This document shows, in pieces, positions 27,090 through 40,755 of a stretch of 64,000 bases of DNA. The translations under genes and the position numbers were made by a program. Within the stretch, counting starts at the first letter, position 1, and each line of letters opens with the position of its first letter. Origin of the DNA: Mobula hypostoma (Eukaryota); assembly GCF_963921235.1 (NCBI RefSeq), contig NC_086106.1:19716001-19780000 (forward strand), given 5' to 3'. A model generated the notes under the pieces. It was not told where the DNA came from. It ran no database searches and saw only the letters and a program-made list of their open reading frames with translations.

Positions 27090-28720
27090 TAACTCTTCAC
27101 TTCTTTCTGGACAACTGACCCAACCAGTACGTCTCCACCACCACACTCCTCTGTCTGGCAGAACTGGTACACGCTCTCAACAATTTCTCCTTTCGCTCCT
27201 CCCACTTCCTTCAAACCCAAGCTACACTCGCATGTGTCCCAGCCATGCCTGCCTTTTCGTTGGCTACATGGAACAGCCAGTTTTCCAATCCCGCACCATC
27301 ACTCCCCAACTCTTTCTACACTACAGTGATGATTGCTTCCTGCACCCATGTGAGCTCATCAATTTCATCAACTTTGCCTCCAACTCCCTTTACTTGGCAC
27401 AGCTCTGACGCCTCTCTCCCCTTTCTTGATCTCTCTGTCTCCATTTCTGGAGATAGTCTATCTAATGATTTCTTTTATAAACCAGCTGACTCTCACACCT
27501 ATCTGGACTATGCCTCTTCCCACCCTGTCACGTAAAAATGCCATTCCCTTTCCTCAGTTCCTCTGTCTCCACCGCAACTGCTCTCAGGCTTTTCATTACA
27601 GAACAATTGAGATGCCCTTTTTCTTCAAAGAAAGTGGTTCCCCTTCCTCTATCAACAATGCTGCCCTCACAAGTATCTCTTCCATTTCACACCCATCTGC
27701 CCTCACCCCATTCTCCCGCAGCCAAACCTGGGATAGGGTTCCTCTTGTCCTTACCTACCATCCCACAAGCCTCCGCATCCAGCAGCTAATTCTCCGTATC
27801 TTCCACTATCTCCAAAGGGATCACATCACCAGCACATCTGTCCCTGCCACACCCCGCTTTCCACTTTCCATAGGGGTCAATCCCTATATGACTCCCTCAA
27901 CCCTCCCCACTGATCTCCCTCTTGGCACTTACCCTTGCAAGCAAACAAATGCCACACCTGCCCCTATACCTCCTCCCTCACTAACATTCGGGGCCCCAAA
28001 CAGTCCTTCCAGGTAAGGTGACATTTCACTTGCGGTCAATTACAATATCCGGTGCTCCCGGTGTGGTCTCCTGTATATCGGTAAGGTCTGACGTAGATTG
28101 GGAGACCGCTTCGCCAAGCACCGAAGCTCCAGCCGCCAGAAAAAGCGGGATCTCCCAGTGGCCACACATTTCAATCTACTTCCCATGCCCATTCTGACAT
28201 GTCAGTCCAAGGCCTCCTCTACTACCACGATGAGACCTCACTCATGTTGGAGGAGCGACACCTCATATTCCGTCTGGGTAGCCTCTAACCTGATGGCATG
28301 AACATCAATATCTTGAGCTTCTGGTAATTGCCACCCCCTCCTCCGCTGCATCGTCTCTTTCACCATTCCCCATTCTTGTTTACCTCCCCCTCCTACTCTT
28401 CTTACCTGCTCATCACCTTCCTCTGGTTCTCCTCCCACTTCCATTTCTTCCATGGCCTTCTGTCCTCTCCAGTCAGATTCCCCCTTCTCCAGCCCTTTAT
28501 CTCTTTCGCCAATCAACTTCACCCGCCTCCCAGTTTCACCTATCACATACTACCTTGTACTTCTTCCTCCCACCTGACTTCTTCCCCCTTCCTTTCCAGT
28601 CCTAAGTCCGAATCCTCAACTATTTACTCTTTTCCATAGATGCTGCCTGGCCTGCTAAGTTCCACCAGCATTTTCTGCGTGTGTAGCTTTCGATTCCCAG
28701 CATCTTCAGATTTTCTCTTG
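27090..28720 (+). mobile_element. Degenerate Penelope-like element (RT plus GIY-YIG plus 3' region)
   Basis: SLPFLDLSV, FYKPADSHTYLDYASSHP, RVPLVLTYHPTSLRIQ and LGDRFAKH across several frames. Confidence 0.85.
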
Positions 28721-28729
28721 TTTATAACC

Positions 28730-31700
28730 ATATAACAATTACAGCACGGAAACAGGCCATCTCAGCCCTTCTAGTCCGTGCCAATCTAGAAGGTTTGTGA
28801 TGTACTACACGCAAAAGCATGTTGACTAGCCCTAATCAGTCTCTATCTATCCAAATACTTATACATCCCATCCTTGGAATACCTTCTAATATCTTTCCCA
28901 GTACTGATATCAGGCTCACCAACCCGTAATTTCCTGGCTTTTTCTTATAGCCTTTCTTAAATAACAGTAAAACATTACCTATCTTCATGCTCCAGTACCT
29001 CACCAGTGGTTAAGGATGTTTTAAATAACTCGGGCAGGACCTGCAATTCCTGCACTAGCCTCCCACAGAGTCCCAGGGAGCATATTATCAGGGTCTGAGG
29101 AGCCATCTACCCTAATTTGCCTCAAGCAGAAAAAAACACCTCTTACATGACCTTGATGCTGCTTTGCCTCACTTCTATAAACTGTGTTCCTCCTGAGGAA
29201 ATACAGATGCAAAAAAATCCTTTTAATATCTCCCCCATCTCTTTTGGCTCCACACATGGTTTACCATACTGAACTTCCAGAGAACCAATCCTGACCCTGG
29301 CAATCCTTTTGCTCTTAACACACCTGTGGAAATACTTAGGATGCTCTCTCACCTTGTCTGCTCTTGCCTTCTTTTAACCCTCCTGATTTATTTCTTTCAC
29401 GTTCTCTTCCATTTCTTATACTGAAGCACCTTATTTGTCCTGCCTGCCTATACCTGCTCTGCACTCCTTTTTGTTTTTTAACAAGGACCTTAAATTCTCT
29501 TGAAAACTAAGGTTCCTTAAACCTGTCATCCTTGTGTTTTATTCTGACAGACACATGCAAGCTTTGTACTCTCGAAATTTCACTTCTGAACGCCTCCCAC
29601 TTACCAAGTGCATATTTGCCAGAAAACAGCCTGTCCCAATCCACACTTGCTATATCCTTTCTGATACCATCAAAATTGCCCCTTCTACAACCCAAGGACC
29701 AGAACTATGCTTTTACATAATTACCTAGGAACTAGTGGCATTATGGTCAGGAGATGCAAGTGTTCCCCAAACAAACTTCTGTCAGCTTCCCTGTTTCATT
29801 CCTTAATAGGAGATTTAGTATCACATTCTCTCTAGTTTGGACTTCTATGCACTGATGAAGCAAACTTTTTTCAACACATTTGACAAACTCTTTCCAATCC
29901 AGTATAGGAGTCCTAGTCAATACGTGGAAAGTTAAAATCATCTACCATCACAACCTTACTATATGTTTCTTGCAACAGTCTGGTCTCTCTTCAAATTTGC
30001 CCCTTGAAATCCTGCAGACTGTTGGAATGGTCAGTAATATAATCCTATTAACATAGTCATGCCTTTCTTATTCCTTAGTTCTATTCATAAAGCCTCACCA
30101 GATGAGCATTGCCATGACACTTTCCCTGAATAGTAAAGGCATCATTCTCCCTTTAATTCTTCCTGCTCTATCACGTCTAAAACAATGGAATCACGGAACA
30201 GTGAGCTGCCAGTCCTGTCCCTACTGGAGCCAAGTCTTTCTAGTGGCTACAATATTCTGATTCCATGTGCTGATCCATCTTTCCTGCAACACTCCTTGCA
30301 TTGAAATATACTCAACTCAGAACACTAATCCCTCCATACTTGCCCTTTCTATTCCTGACTTCATATGTAGGTTTAACAACATCTTTCTGCACAATCACTT
30401 CACTATCTGTTTGGACATTCTAATTCCGATTCCCTTGTAGCTCTAGTTTAACCACCCACCACACACGCCCCCCCCCCACCCCTGGTGTAGCACGAGCATA
30501 CATTCCCACTATGACTCTAGACACCCTTCTACAGTTCAATTGCAAGCAACCCCTTCTGTACAGGTTCCACCTTGTCTGGAAGGGAGCCCAATGATCCAAA
30601 CATCTGAAGCCCTCTGTCTTGCACCAACTCCTTAGCCATATGTCATATGAAGGGTCAGAGCCGTCTCTATTTCCTGAGGAGACTGAGGTCCTTTAACATC
30701 TGCTAGACGATGCTGAGGATGTTCTACGAGTCTGTGGTGGCCAGTGCTATCATGTTTGCTGTTGTGTGCTGGGGCAGCAGGCTGAAGGTAGCAGACACCA
30801 ACAGAATCAACAAACTCATTCGTAAGCCCAGTGATGTTGTGGGGATGGAACTGGACTCTCTCACGGTGGTGTCTGAAAAGAGGATGCTGTCCAAGTTGCA
30901 TGCCATCTTGGACAATGTCTCCTATCCACTACATAATGTACTGGGTGGGCACAGGTGTACGTTCAGCCAGAGACTCATTCCACCAAGATGCAGCACTGAG
31001 CGTCATAGGAAGTCATTCCTGCCTGTGGCCATCAAACTTTACAACTCCTCCCTTGGAGCGTCAGACACCCTGAGCCCATAGGCTGGTCCTGGACTTATTT
31101 CCTGGCATAATTTGCATATCACTATTTAATTATTTATGGTGCAACTGTAATGAAATCCAGTTTCTCCCTGGATCAATAAAGTATGACTATGACTATGTTA
31201 AACTGTATGATCTTCCTATTTCTGGCCTCACTAATATATGGCACGGGTGGCAATCCTGAGATCACAACCTTGGAAGTCCTGTCACTTAACTTAGCACATA
31301 TCCCCCTGTGTTCACTGTAGGGCCTCATCATCCCTCCTATTCATTTTATTGGTCCCAACAGTGTCATTCTCCCCAACAGAATCTAACTACCTTTTGTTGA
31401 GGGAAATGGCCACAGGGGTACCCTGGAATGGCTGTTTAACCCCTTTCTCTCTCCTGAGAGTCACCCATTTACCTGTGTCCTGCACTTTGGGTGTAACTAC
31501 CTCGCCACATGTCCTCTTGATTAACCCGTCAGCCTCCCAAGAGATCTGGAGTTCACCCACTTCCAGTTCCAACTCCTTAACACAGTCTGCTAAAAGCTGC
31601 AACTGGATGCATTTCTAGCTGGTGTAGTCATCAGGCACACTGGAGGCCTTTCTACCTTCCCACATCCCACAAGAGGAGCATTCGACTACCCTGCTTAGCA

Positions 31701-31730
31701 CCCCCACTACTGCAAATGTACATTAAGAAG
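28730..31730 (-). mobile_element. Degenerate CR1 (ORF1 end, endonuclease, linker), split by Rex1
   Basis: Minus-strand remnants ELQISWEADGLIKRTCGEVVTPKVQ, WKEFVKCVEKSLLHQ and KDIASVDWDRLFSGK. Confidence 0.75.
30632..31197 (+). mobile_element. Rex1/Babar 3' fragment
   Basis: ORF 30710-31081 nearly matches the C-terminus of the 8087-9262 ORF. Ends GATCAATAAAGTATGACTATGACTAT. Confidence 0.92.
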
Positions 31731-31779
31731 GAAAGAAAAACAAAATCCCAGATGGAAACTTGTTCAAAGTAATTTATTA

Positions 31780-32556
31780 CACTGGTGACAAATTTTCTTG
31801 GAATTGTTGCTTCCTCAGAATTTTATTTTTGTTTATGATACTTAGATTGAACCTGGATACAAATATAATTTCAGACTACTTGTATCATGTAGGAATTTGG
31901 AAAAACAAGAAATTAACTTTTATTGTATAAAATGTGCTTAATTGCATAACTATGCTGATGCTTAGCAATAGTTCAACTAAGCTAAAAATGTTTTTTTTGA
32001 TGATTTTCATTTGTACTCAATGTCTGAGGCCTCTCGTTTAAGTGCCCAACAATAATCAGCCAGCATTGATGGATTCCAGTTGCCCTTAAACAATTTCTCT
32101 GTGACTGCAATGTCCTGGTGAAACTGTTCCACATGCTCGTCACTGACAGTGCCAAGATTTCCAGGGAAGAAGTCTAAATGGAAATGCAAGAAAATTAATC
32201 TTTAGAGACACATTGCACTTCATAGTTTTGTATGCTCGAAGCGTGTTGTCAACCAGCTGCACATAGTTTGTTACTCTGTAGTTGCCAAGAAAATTTTCAA
32301 TAACATCCTCGAATGTCTTCTATGCGATTTTCTCCAGTTCTGTTATGACCTGTTTGATTTGTGGACAAACAAAAATGCCTTCCTTAAACTTGGCATCAGT
32401 TATTCTGAGCTGAATTATGAATTGAAATAAAATAAAGGTAATTTTTTTTTAAATGGTGCATTGATAAGGAAATTTCATGGTGATATTCATGATCAGCAGC
32501 CCAAAGTGCATAAGATACCCCCAAAACTATTTCGGTGCAAAGTTTGTGATCCAGTG
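31780..32556 (-). mobile_element. Internally deleted Chapaev3-like (CMC) DNA transposon
   Basis: Imperfect terminal inverted repeats CACTGGTGACAAATTTT ... AAAGTTTGTGATCCAGTG, flanked by TTA on both sides. Minus-strand transposase remnant ...KEGIFV.PQIKQ...NFLGNY...HLDFFPGNLGTVSDEHVEQFHQDI...WNPSMLADYCW, a motif I recall from Chapaev3 transposases. Confidence 0.75.
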
Positions 32557-33489
32557 TTATCGAAGTACATTTATGTCACCAAATGCTACCTTGAGATTCA
32601 TTTTCTTGTCGGCATTAGCAGTAGAACAAAGAAAACAACAGAATAAATGAAAAACTACACCCAAAGGCTGACAAACAACCAATGTGCAGAGGAATGTTGG
32701 GAATGACTTGAGGGTGATTTCTTGGCAGAAGTCAGGTCCTACGTGTATAAAAGCAATGGTTCAAATGGTCAAATAGATGGAAAGAAGAGACTGGTGATGC
32801 TGCTTTTTGGTCTGATATGTCCTTAGTTCTGTGTATCCTACACCACAGCTGTATTTACATTGATTTTCCAGCCTGGAGATTGGACAGATAGATCACTCCT
32901 TTAATCCAAACAGCAGGCACTTTCTCCGAGACAATTAGTTGCATGTTGAATAGAATTGGTCCTAATTAGAATTGATGCATAATTCAAAGAGACTTAATTC
33001 CAGTATAATGAACTCACCTTAATTAAAGGTGAATCCAATATCAAAAAGCAAAATGCTGTGACCGGGCTTTTTAGAAAAGAAGCTATACACAAATTACAGT
33101 CTTGATACTAGAATGAAAGTTTTGGGAGATGTTTATATTTGGAGATCTTTTCAGCTGATGACCTTTCATCTTTCCTTGGTCAGCAGACCAATGATTTCCT
33201 CAGAATAGCCAAGTTTATCCTTTGATCTGCAGAGCATGTGAGCTCCCAGGCATGTCATAATCCCAACTCCCACAGTCATACATTGCTGATTGCAGTGCAC
33301 GGTTCAGTTATCTTTTAAATGTGATTCACTGACCAGCTTTCATTCTCCTCAGTAACCACCAGGAATTCTGGCCATGCCCTTTAGCAGTGATGACAAGGCA
33401 GTCCAGGGCACCTTTTTTCTCATACTTATTTTCTTCTTCAATGCTGCCCATTTACACTAATTAGCCACTTTACTAGTCCAATGTCTTGG

Positions 33490-33800
33490 TCCGCACGTGG
33501 CCAAGTGGTTAAGGCATTGGACTAGCTACCTGAAGGTCGTGAGTTCGAGCCCCAGCCAAGGAAACGTGTTGTGTCCTTGAGCAAGGCACTTAATCACACA
33601 TTGCTCTGCGATGACACCGGTGCCAAGCTGTATGGGTCCTAATGCCCTTCCCTTGGACAACATTGGTGTTGTGGAGAGGGGAGACTTGCAGCATCGGCAA
33701 CTGCTGGTCTTCCATACAACCTTGCCCAGGCCTGCGCCCTGGAGAGTGAAGACTTTCCAGGCGCAGGTCCATGGTCTCGCCAGACTAATGGATGCCTTAT
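33490..33800 (+). mobile_element. tRNA-derived SINE
   Basis: A box TGGCCAAGTGG and B box GAGTTCGAGCCC, followed by GTGTCCTTGAGCAAGGCACTTAA and a non-tRNA body. Confidence 0.75.
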
Positions 33801-33804
33801 CTAC

Positions 33805-34290
33805 TAGGTATACCTGTATACTTGCTTGTTAATGCTAATATCTAGTAGGTCAATCACATGGCAGCAACTCAATGCAAAACGCATGCGGTTATGGCCAAGT
33901 GGTTCAGTTGTTGTTCAGACCAATCATCAGAATTGGGAAGAAAAGCGACTGTGGATGATTGCTGATGCCATACGGGATGGTTTGAGTATCTCAGAAGCTG
34001 CTGATCTCCTAGGGTTTTCACACACAACGATCTCTAGAGTTTACAGAGAATGGTACAAAAAAAAAATCCAGTGAGGGCAGTTCTTTGGGCAGAAGCACCT
34101 TGTTAATGAGGAAGGTTAGAGGAGAATGGCCAGACTGGTTCAAGCTGACAGGAAGGCAACAGTAACTCAAGCAACAGTGGTGTGCAGAACAGCATCTCTG
34201 AATCCACAACACGTTGAACCTTGAAGTGGATGGGCTCAGCAGCAGAAGAATGTGAATATACACTCAGTGGCCACTTTATTAAGTACAGGA
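33805..34290 (+). mobile_element. Non-autonomous Tc1-like element (family also at ~38150-38590 -, ~58850-59370 -, ~61800-62290 +)
   Basis: Four colinear copies. They retain an N-terminal HTH remnant (GLSISEAADLLGFSHTTISRVYREW) and CAGTGGCCACTTTATT-type ends. Confidence 0.75.
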
Positions 34291-36246
34291 GATACCTAGT
34301 AAAGTGAACAATGAGAGTATAAATATGCAATTAACTTAAATACAGCCATCAGGGTAGATTTCTGCAATCAGTATTACCAAACACAAAGTAAATCATTGCT
34401 ACAGTCTCTCCACTGTATCAGAACCCAAACTGCGTGTACCCTTGTCTGAGAAGTTGACACCAATTAGATAAATAATCTGTTAGTATCGGTCAATCACCAA
34501 GACTCTGAACCTGTTTCTGAAATGAGGAGAGGGTCTTGCTCTCTTGGGATTGTTCGCCCATTGGTTTTGATTCCTTGCATCGCATTCTGTTTGGTAAACA
34601 TGAACCTGGTAGTAGGTTCCAAGCACATTAGAATTGTATTTCCTCATGTAAAGCAGTGTGTTTATTTTCAGTAACACAGCTCCACTGGGAGGGCCCCCCG
34701 CTCAAATTAAACCTGCTTGTGAAACCTGAGAGGATCTGTAAGTGGAAGGACTGAGTGTTAATGTCATCGCAGAGTTTCAGACATCTGTTAGACATTAATA
34801 ACTAAGGATTACTGAACATCAAGTACACCAAAGGGTGTAAGTGAAAATTCATGGCGTTTTCATCCAGGATCATGAAAGCATGAAATTCTGATTTTTCTTT
34901 TGGACAAGAACAATCTCTGCACTCTTACACCATCTCATGAAACCCTTCCAGCAGGGACAGCATAGCTTTAATACAGAAACACTCCTCTTGATGTTGTTGC
35001 AAAGTGAACTGAAGAGATTGGGGCTTTTATCTGCCGAGGCATGAAGGAAATATTGGCATCATGTTATTGGAAGATAATGTTATTGGAAGATCCCATCCTT
35101 TTTTGTATTCATAACAGGGCAGTAACAACATAGACTTGAGGCAGTGAAGTTCCTTCAATGTCCCATAAAACATTTCCTGAACTAGGATTACATAGTTTTA
35201 ATAGAGAGTGAAGTTCCCTCTACACAGTCTCTTGAGATACTCCCAAGCTAGTGTGGAAATGTACCTGTAGTAAAAAAATGGCATTTTTGCCTGTAGCAAA
35301 TTGGAACCTGTATTGTACTAGAGTTCTTTGCTAATAATTTGTATAACAATTATGCCAATGGATCCTGAGTCCTTGACAAACTGATTAAGCAGATGTATGG
35401 AATGCATCCCATCCTTGAACTGTTGTGCAGTAACTAGCACTTGTGTATAAAGGAGTTAGTGTGCTGTCTGCTTTTTTAGAGATATCACTGGCTCTTGTGA
35501 AGTGTTAGTCTTCCCCTGCTGTAAGTAAAATAAACACACTTATGATTGATCCACTCTGAGATAATTGCTATTTGCTAAAAGGCATAGCAGGAAGGTACTT
35601 GACACTAGGAACAGATTATTTAAAGTCATCGTCTAGTCTAAATTCACAGTTCACAGTGTCAGGATCTCAGCTGGAGATCTTGAATGTGTAGTCAAATAAC
35701 GACATGCCCTTCTTCATCTTCATCTGTCCATACAAGAGCAGATTTTCAGAGGTGAGGTCAGACTGCTTGCCTTTGGCAACAAGGGGGCATTTCAATGAGC
35801 TTGGTGTTGAAGTGCCTTAATAAAATTGGACAATGGGGAAACCTTCTAATGGTTGGAGTAATGGTTAAACCAAAATGGTTTTGGTTGCTGAAAGTTCAAC
35901 CTCTCAACCCCAGAATGTCACTTACTGTTTTGTCATCGATCCAGCCGCTTCATGAATGAATTTCTTTTCATTATGAGGAGATACGTACAGATGAGTTCAT
36001 AAAGTTAAATCCTACTGTAGATCCTCACGAAATGAAGCAATCCAAACTTGCATGCACCAAGATCTTGACTATAGTCAGGTTCGTAAGTGGCAGGCAACAG
36101 TCATGCCATAAAAGGCAATGCGTATCTCCAATGGAGTGGGTCGAACCAGCAAGGTGAAAGGTGCAGGACAATATCATTACCACTATGTGCCATGATGTTT
36201 GATATAGGTGATCATGGTGACCATGACGGTACATGGCAGTTTCTTC

Positions 36247-36515
36247 TAGTCATAGTCATAGTCATACTTTATTGATCCCAGGGGAAATTGATTTTCATTA
36301 CAGTTGCACCATAAATAATTAAATACTAATAAAACCATAAATAATTAAATAGTAAGATGTAAATTATGCTGGGAAATAAGTCCAAGAGCAGCCTATTGGC
36401 TCAGGGTGTCTGACCCTCCAAGGGAGGAGTTGTAAAGTTTGATGGCCACAGACCGGAATGACTTCCTATGACGCTCTGTGTTGCATCTCAGTGGAATGAG
36501 TCTCTGACTGAATGT
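36247..36515 (-). mobile_element. Rex1/Babar 3' end fragment inserted into another interspersed repeat
   Basis: TAGTCATAGTCATAGTCATACTTTATTGATCC tail, colinear with 7996-8260. The host repeat is also present at ~46920-47080 and ~54310-54690. Confidence 0.88.
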
Positions 36516-37079
36516 GAAGTTTCTGCGAAGTGGTTTGCCTTCTTCTGGGTAGTGTCTTTACAAGGTAGATGACCCCAGCCATTATCAATACTCTTGAGAG
36601 ATTGTCTATCTGATGTCAGTGGTCATATAACCAAGACTTGTGATTTGCACCAGCTACTCCTATGACCATCCACCACCTGCTCCCATGGTTTCACAACTCT
36701 GGTCGGTGAGGGGGGGGTGCAGTGGTTAACGGTGGCACTGAACATTGCTACACCTTGCCAAAGGATGGCCTGCAGGCTAGCGCAGGAAAGAAGCAGCTTA
36801 CACCTCCTTTGGTAGAAACCTATCTCTACCTCACCACTCAAAGAAGAATATTACCATCTGCAAACGTACAATATCCAGACTTGGGGATATATACTTAGTG
36901 GCTACTTTATTAGCTACAGGAGTGAACCTAATAAAGTGGGAACAGGAGTGGAACCCAATGTGGTTGCTGTGGTCTTCTGCTGCTGTAGCCCGTCCACTTC
37001 AAGATTCAGTAACTGAAATGCTCCCACATCCATAGCCTTTGTTGCTACGCAGCTGGAAATTTACTTTATCTAACGTTAT

Positions 37080-38125
37080 TGTAAAGTGCCGCATAGTTTT
37101 CAGTCACAAACACCCCATCCTCCTGCCACTCCACCAGGGATAGGATTCCTCTTATCTTCACCCACACATCCAGCACATAATTCTCCATAACCTCAGACAT
37201 CTGCAACAGGATCCCACCCTGAAGCACATCTTTCCCATTCCACACTCCCCCCCACAACTTTCTGCTTTCCACAGTGCTCACTCCCTACACGACTCCCTTG
37301 GCCATCTGCACCTCCCCACTGATCTCCCTCCTGTTACTTACACTTGCAAGTAGAACAAGTGCTACACCATCCCCTGCTCCTCCTCCCTCACTACTATTCA
37401 GGGCCCAAACAGTCCCTCCAGGTGAGGCAACACTTCACCATTGAGTCTGTTGCGGTCATCTACTGTATCCGGTGCTCCTGTTGTAGCCTCTTGTATATCA
37501 GTTTAACCCGACGCAGATTGGGAGAGCACTTCGCCGAGCACCTATGCTCTGTCCACCAGAAAAAGTGGGATCTCCCAGTGGCCACCCATTTTACTTCCAC
37601 TGCCCATTCCCATTCTGACATATCGGTCCATGGCCTCCTCTACTGTCACAATGAGGCCACATTCAGGTTGGAGGAGCAACATCCTATATTCTGTCTGGAT
37701 GGCCTCCAAACTGATGGCATGAACATCGATTTCTTGAACTTCCGGTAATCCCCTTCCTCCCTTCTTCTCTATTCCTCATCCCCTTTTCCCTCTCTCACCT
37801 TATCTCCTTGCCTGCCTATCACCTCCCTCTGTTGCTCCTCCCCACTTTTCTTTCTTCCGTGGCATTCTGTCCTCTCTTATTAGATTCCCCTTCTCCAGCC
37901 CTGCACCTGTTCCACCAGTCAACTTCCCCGCTCTTTACTTCACTCCTCCCCACTCCTAGTTTCACTTATCACCTTGTATTTCTTCCTCTCCTCCCTTCTA
38001 ATCTTGACTCCTCATCTTTTTTTCTCCAGTCCTGCTGAAGGCTCTCAGCCTGAAATGTTGATTGTATTCTTTTCCATAGATGTTTGCCTGGCCTGCTGAG
38101 TTCCTCAGCATTTTGTCTGTGTTGC
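37080..38125 (+). mobile_element. Penelope-like element, GIY-YIG region
   Basis: 37344-37748 encodes QVRQHFTIESVAVIYCIRCSCCSLLYISLTRRRLGEHFAEH...GMNIDFLNFR. Confidence 0.88.
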
Positions 38126-38864
38126 ACAGTTTGCAGGCCATGTAAAAAATTTCCTGCTCAGATTAGTTGGTCCAGACAGCTGTAAAAAAATAAAGGAATA
38201 TTGTGGCTTCCTGTTAGTTCGAACCTGTCTGGCCATTCTCCTCGGACCTCTCACATTAACAGGGCATTCTTTGCCCACAGAACTGCAGTTCCCTGGATGA
38301 ATTTTTTGTTTGTTTTTGACACCATTCTCTGTAAACTCTAGAGACTGATGTGTGTGAAAATCCCAGGAGATCAGCAGTTTCTGAGATACTTCAACCATCC
38401 CGTCTGGCAGCATCAATCATTCCATGATCAAAGTCACATAGATCACATTTCTTCCCCACTCTGATGTTTGGTCTGAACAACAACTGAACATCTTGTCTAT
38501 GCCTACAAGCTTTTATGTGTTGTGTTTCTCCCACATGATGGGCTGTTTTGAATCTTGCATTAATAAGCAGGTGTACTTGATACAGTAGCCATTGAATGTA
38601 TTTACAGGCATATGAATGAGAAACAGAAAGTTGTGATGGAAATGGCCATTACAGGGTGGATAGAAGAGCACCAGAGGTAATAATAGGGAAAATGCATAAA
38701 TAGTGAATCATCTCTTCATTATTTGCCAGGATAATACAAGAATTTTGTTTGTTATGGTCCATGGACTTGATGCTCCAGATAACACTCCATATGCACCTCT
38801 TTGGTCAGTCAATTGATGGAGATTCCCAAGATTCGGTAGGATCTTGCACTCTAGGATCTGAAGG

Positions 38865-39690
38865 CTTCAGAATCAGAATCAGTTTGATTATCACCAGCAT
38901 GTGTCGTGAAGTTTGTTAGCTGAGCTGCAGCAGTTCAGTGCAATACATAAAATAAAGAAAAAAAATAATAATAATAAATCAATCAATCAATTACAGTACA
39001 CATATATTTAATAGATGAAAAATCATGCAAAAAAGGAAATAATATCTATTGTAAAAGTGAGGTAGCATCCAAGGGTTCAATGTTCATTTAGCAATCGGAT
39101 GGCAGAGGGGAAGAAGCTGTTCCTGAATCACTGAGTGTGAGCCTGCAGGCTTCTGTATCTTCTCCCTGATGCAAACAGTGAGAAAAGGGCATGCCCTGGG
39201 TGCTGGAGGTCCTTAATAATGGATGCTACCCTTCTGAGTCACTGCTCCTTGAAGATGCCTTGGGTACTTTGTAGGCTCAAATCCAAGATGTAGATGACTA
39301 GATTTAAAACACTCTGCAGCCTCTTTCAGTCCTGTGCAGTAGTTCCACCGCGCCCCCCCCCCCCACCCAATACCAGACAGTGATGCAGCCTGTCAGAATG
39401 CTCTCCACGGTACATCTATAGAAGTATAGTCGCTGTCTTTCCTTCTTTATAACTCCATCAATATGTTGGGACCAGGTTAGGTCCTCAGAGATCTTGACAC
39501 CCAGGAACTTGAAACTGCTCACTCTCTCCACTTCTGATCCCTCTATGAGGATTGGTATGTGTTCTACGTCTTACCTTTCCTGAAGTCCACAATCATTTCT
39601 TTCGTCTTACTGATGTTGAGTGCCAGGTTGTTACTGCGACACCACTCCACTAGTTGGCATATCTCACTCCTGTAGGCCCTCTGTCCTTCA
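38865..39690 (-). mobile_element. Rex1/L2-type LINE 3' fragment
   Basis: 39304-39531 encodes ERVSSFKFLGVKISEDLTWSQH...RQRLYF. (GATTCT)n-type tail at ~38870. Confidence 0.8.
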
Positions 39691-39844
39691 AGGACATTCT
39701 TGAATCTGTCCCTCCGCCTCTCTTCCTATCACAGAAATTGTTATGGGATGTTTGACTCAAGAGTCTGCTGCATATTTGAATAGCTGATATTGTACAAATG
39801 AAGATGTCATCGCGGGGAAAGAGAACAACATTAGTTCATTGGTG

Positions 39845-40755
39845 AACGCAGCAGGACAGGCAGCATCTCTAGGAAGAGGTACAGTTGACGTTTCGGGCCG
39901 AGACCCTTCATCAGCACTAACTGAAAGAAGAGCTAGTAAGAAATTTGAAAGTGGGAGGGGGAGGGGGAGATCCAAAATGATAGGAGAAGATGGGAGGGAG
40001 AGGGATGGAGCCAAGAGCTGGACAGTTGATTAGCAAAAGGGATATGAGAGGATCATGGGACAGGAGGCCTAGGGAGAAAGAAAAGGGGAAGGGGGGAAAC
40101 CCAGAGGATGGGCAAGGGGTATAGTGAGAGGGACAGAGGGAGAAAAAGAAGACAGAGAAAAAGAATGTGTGTATATAAAAAAATAACGGATGGGGTACGA
40201 AGGGGAGGTGGACCATTAGCGGAAGTTTGAGAAGTCAATGTTCATGCCATCAGGTTGGAGGCTACCCAGACGGAATATAGGGTGTTGTTCCTCCAACCTG
40301 AGTGTGGCTTCATCTTTACAGTAGAGGAGGCCGTGGATAGACATATCAGAATGGGAATGGGATGTGGAATTAAAATGTGTGGCCACTGGGAGATCCTGCT
40401 TTCTCTGGCGGACAGAGCGTAAGTGTTCAGCGAAACGATCTCCCAGTCTGCGTCGGGTCTCGGCAAGATATAAACGGCCACATTGGGAGCAACGGACGCA
40501 GTATATCACCCCAGCCGACTCACAGGTGAAGTGTTGCCTCACCTGGAAGGACTGTGTGGGGATCCTGAAAGGTGGTAAGGGAGGAAGTGTAAGGGCACGT
40601 GTAGCACTTGTTCTGCTTACAAGGATAAGTGCCAGGAGGGAGATCGGTGGGGAGGGATGGGGGGGGGGACGAATGGACAAGGGAGTCGCGTAGGGAGCAG
40701 AGGGGGGGGGAGGAGGGAAAGATGTGCTTAGTGGTGGGATCCCGTTGGAGGTGGC
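39845..40755 (-). mobile_element. Penelope-like element, well-preserved GIY-YIG endonuclease end
   Basis: 40216-40680 encodes FQVRQHFTCESAGVIYCVRCSQCGRLYLAETRRRLGDRFAEH...EEQHPIFRLGSLQPDGMNIDFSNFR*. Confidence 0.9.

Noticed and set aside
33490-33565. tRNA-like sequence
   Set aside because: No convincing cloverleaf or acceptor stem; it continues into a SINE body.
34522-34737. Hydrophobic leader-like ATG ORF with donor, then a 66-nt exon-like segment
   Set aside because: Splicing is phase 0 directly into TAA, other frames lack an ATG, and no Ig domain follows.
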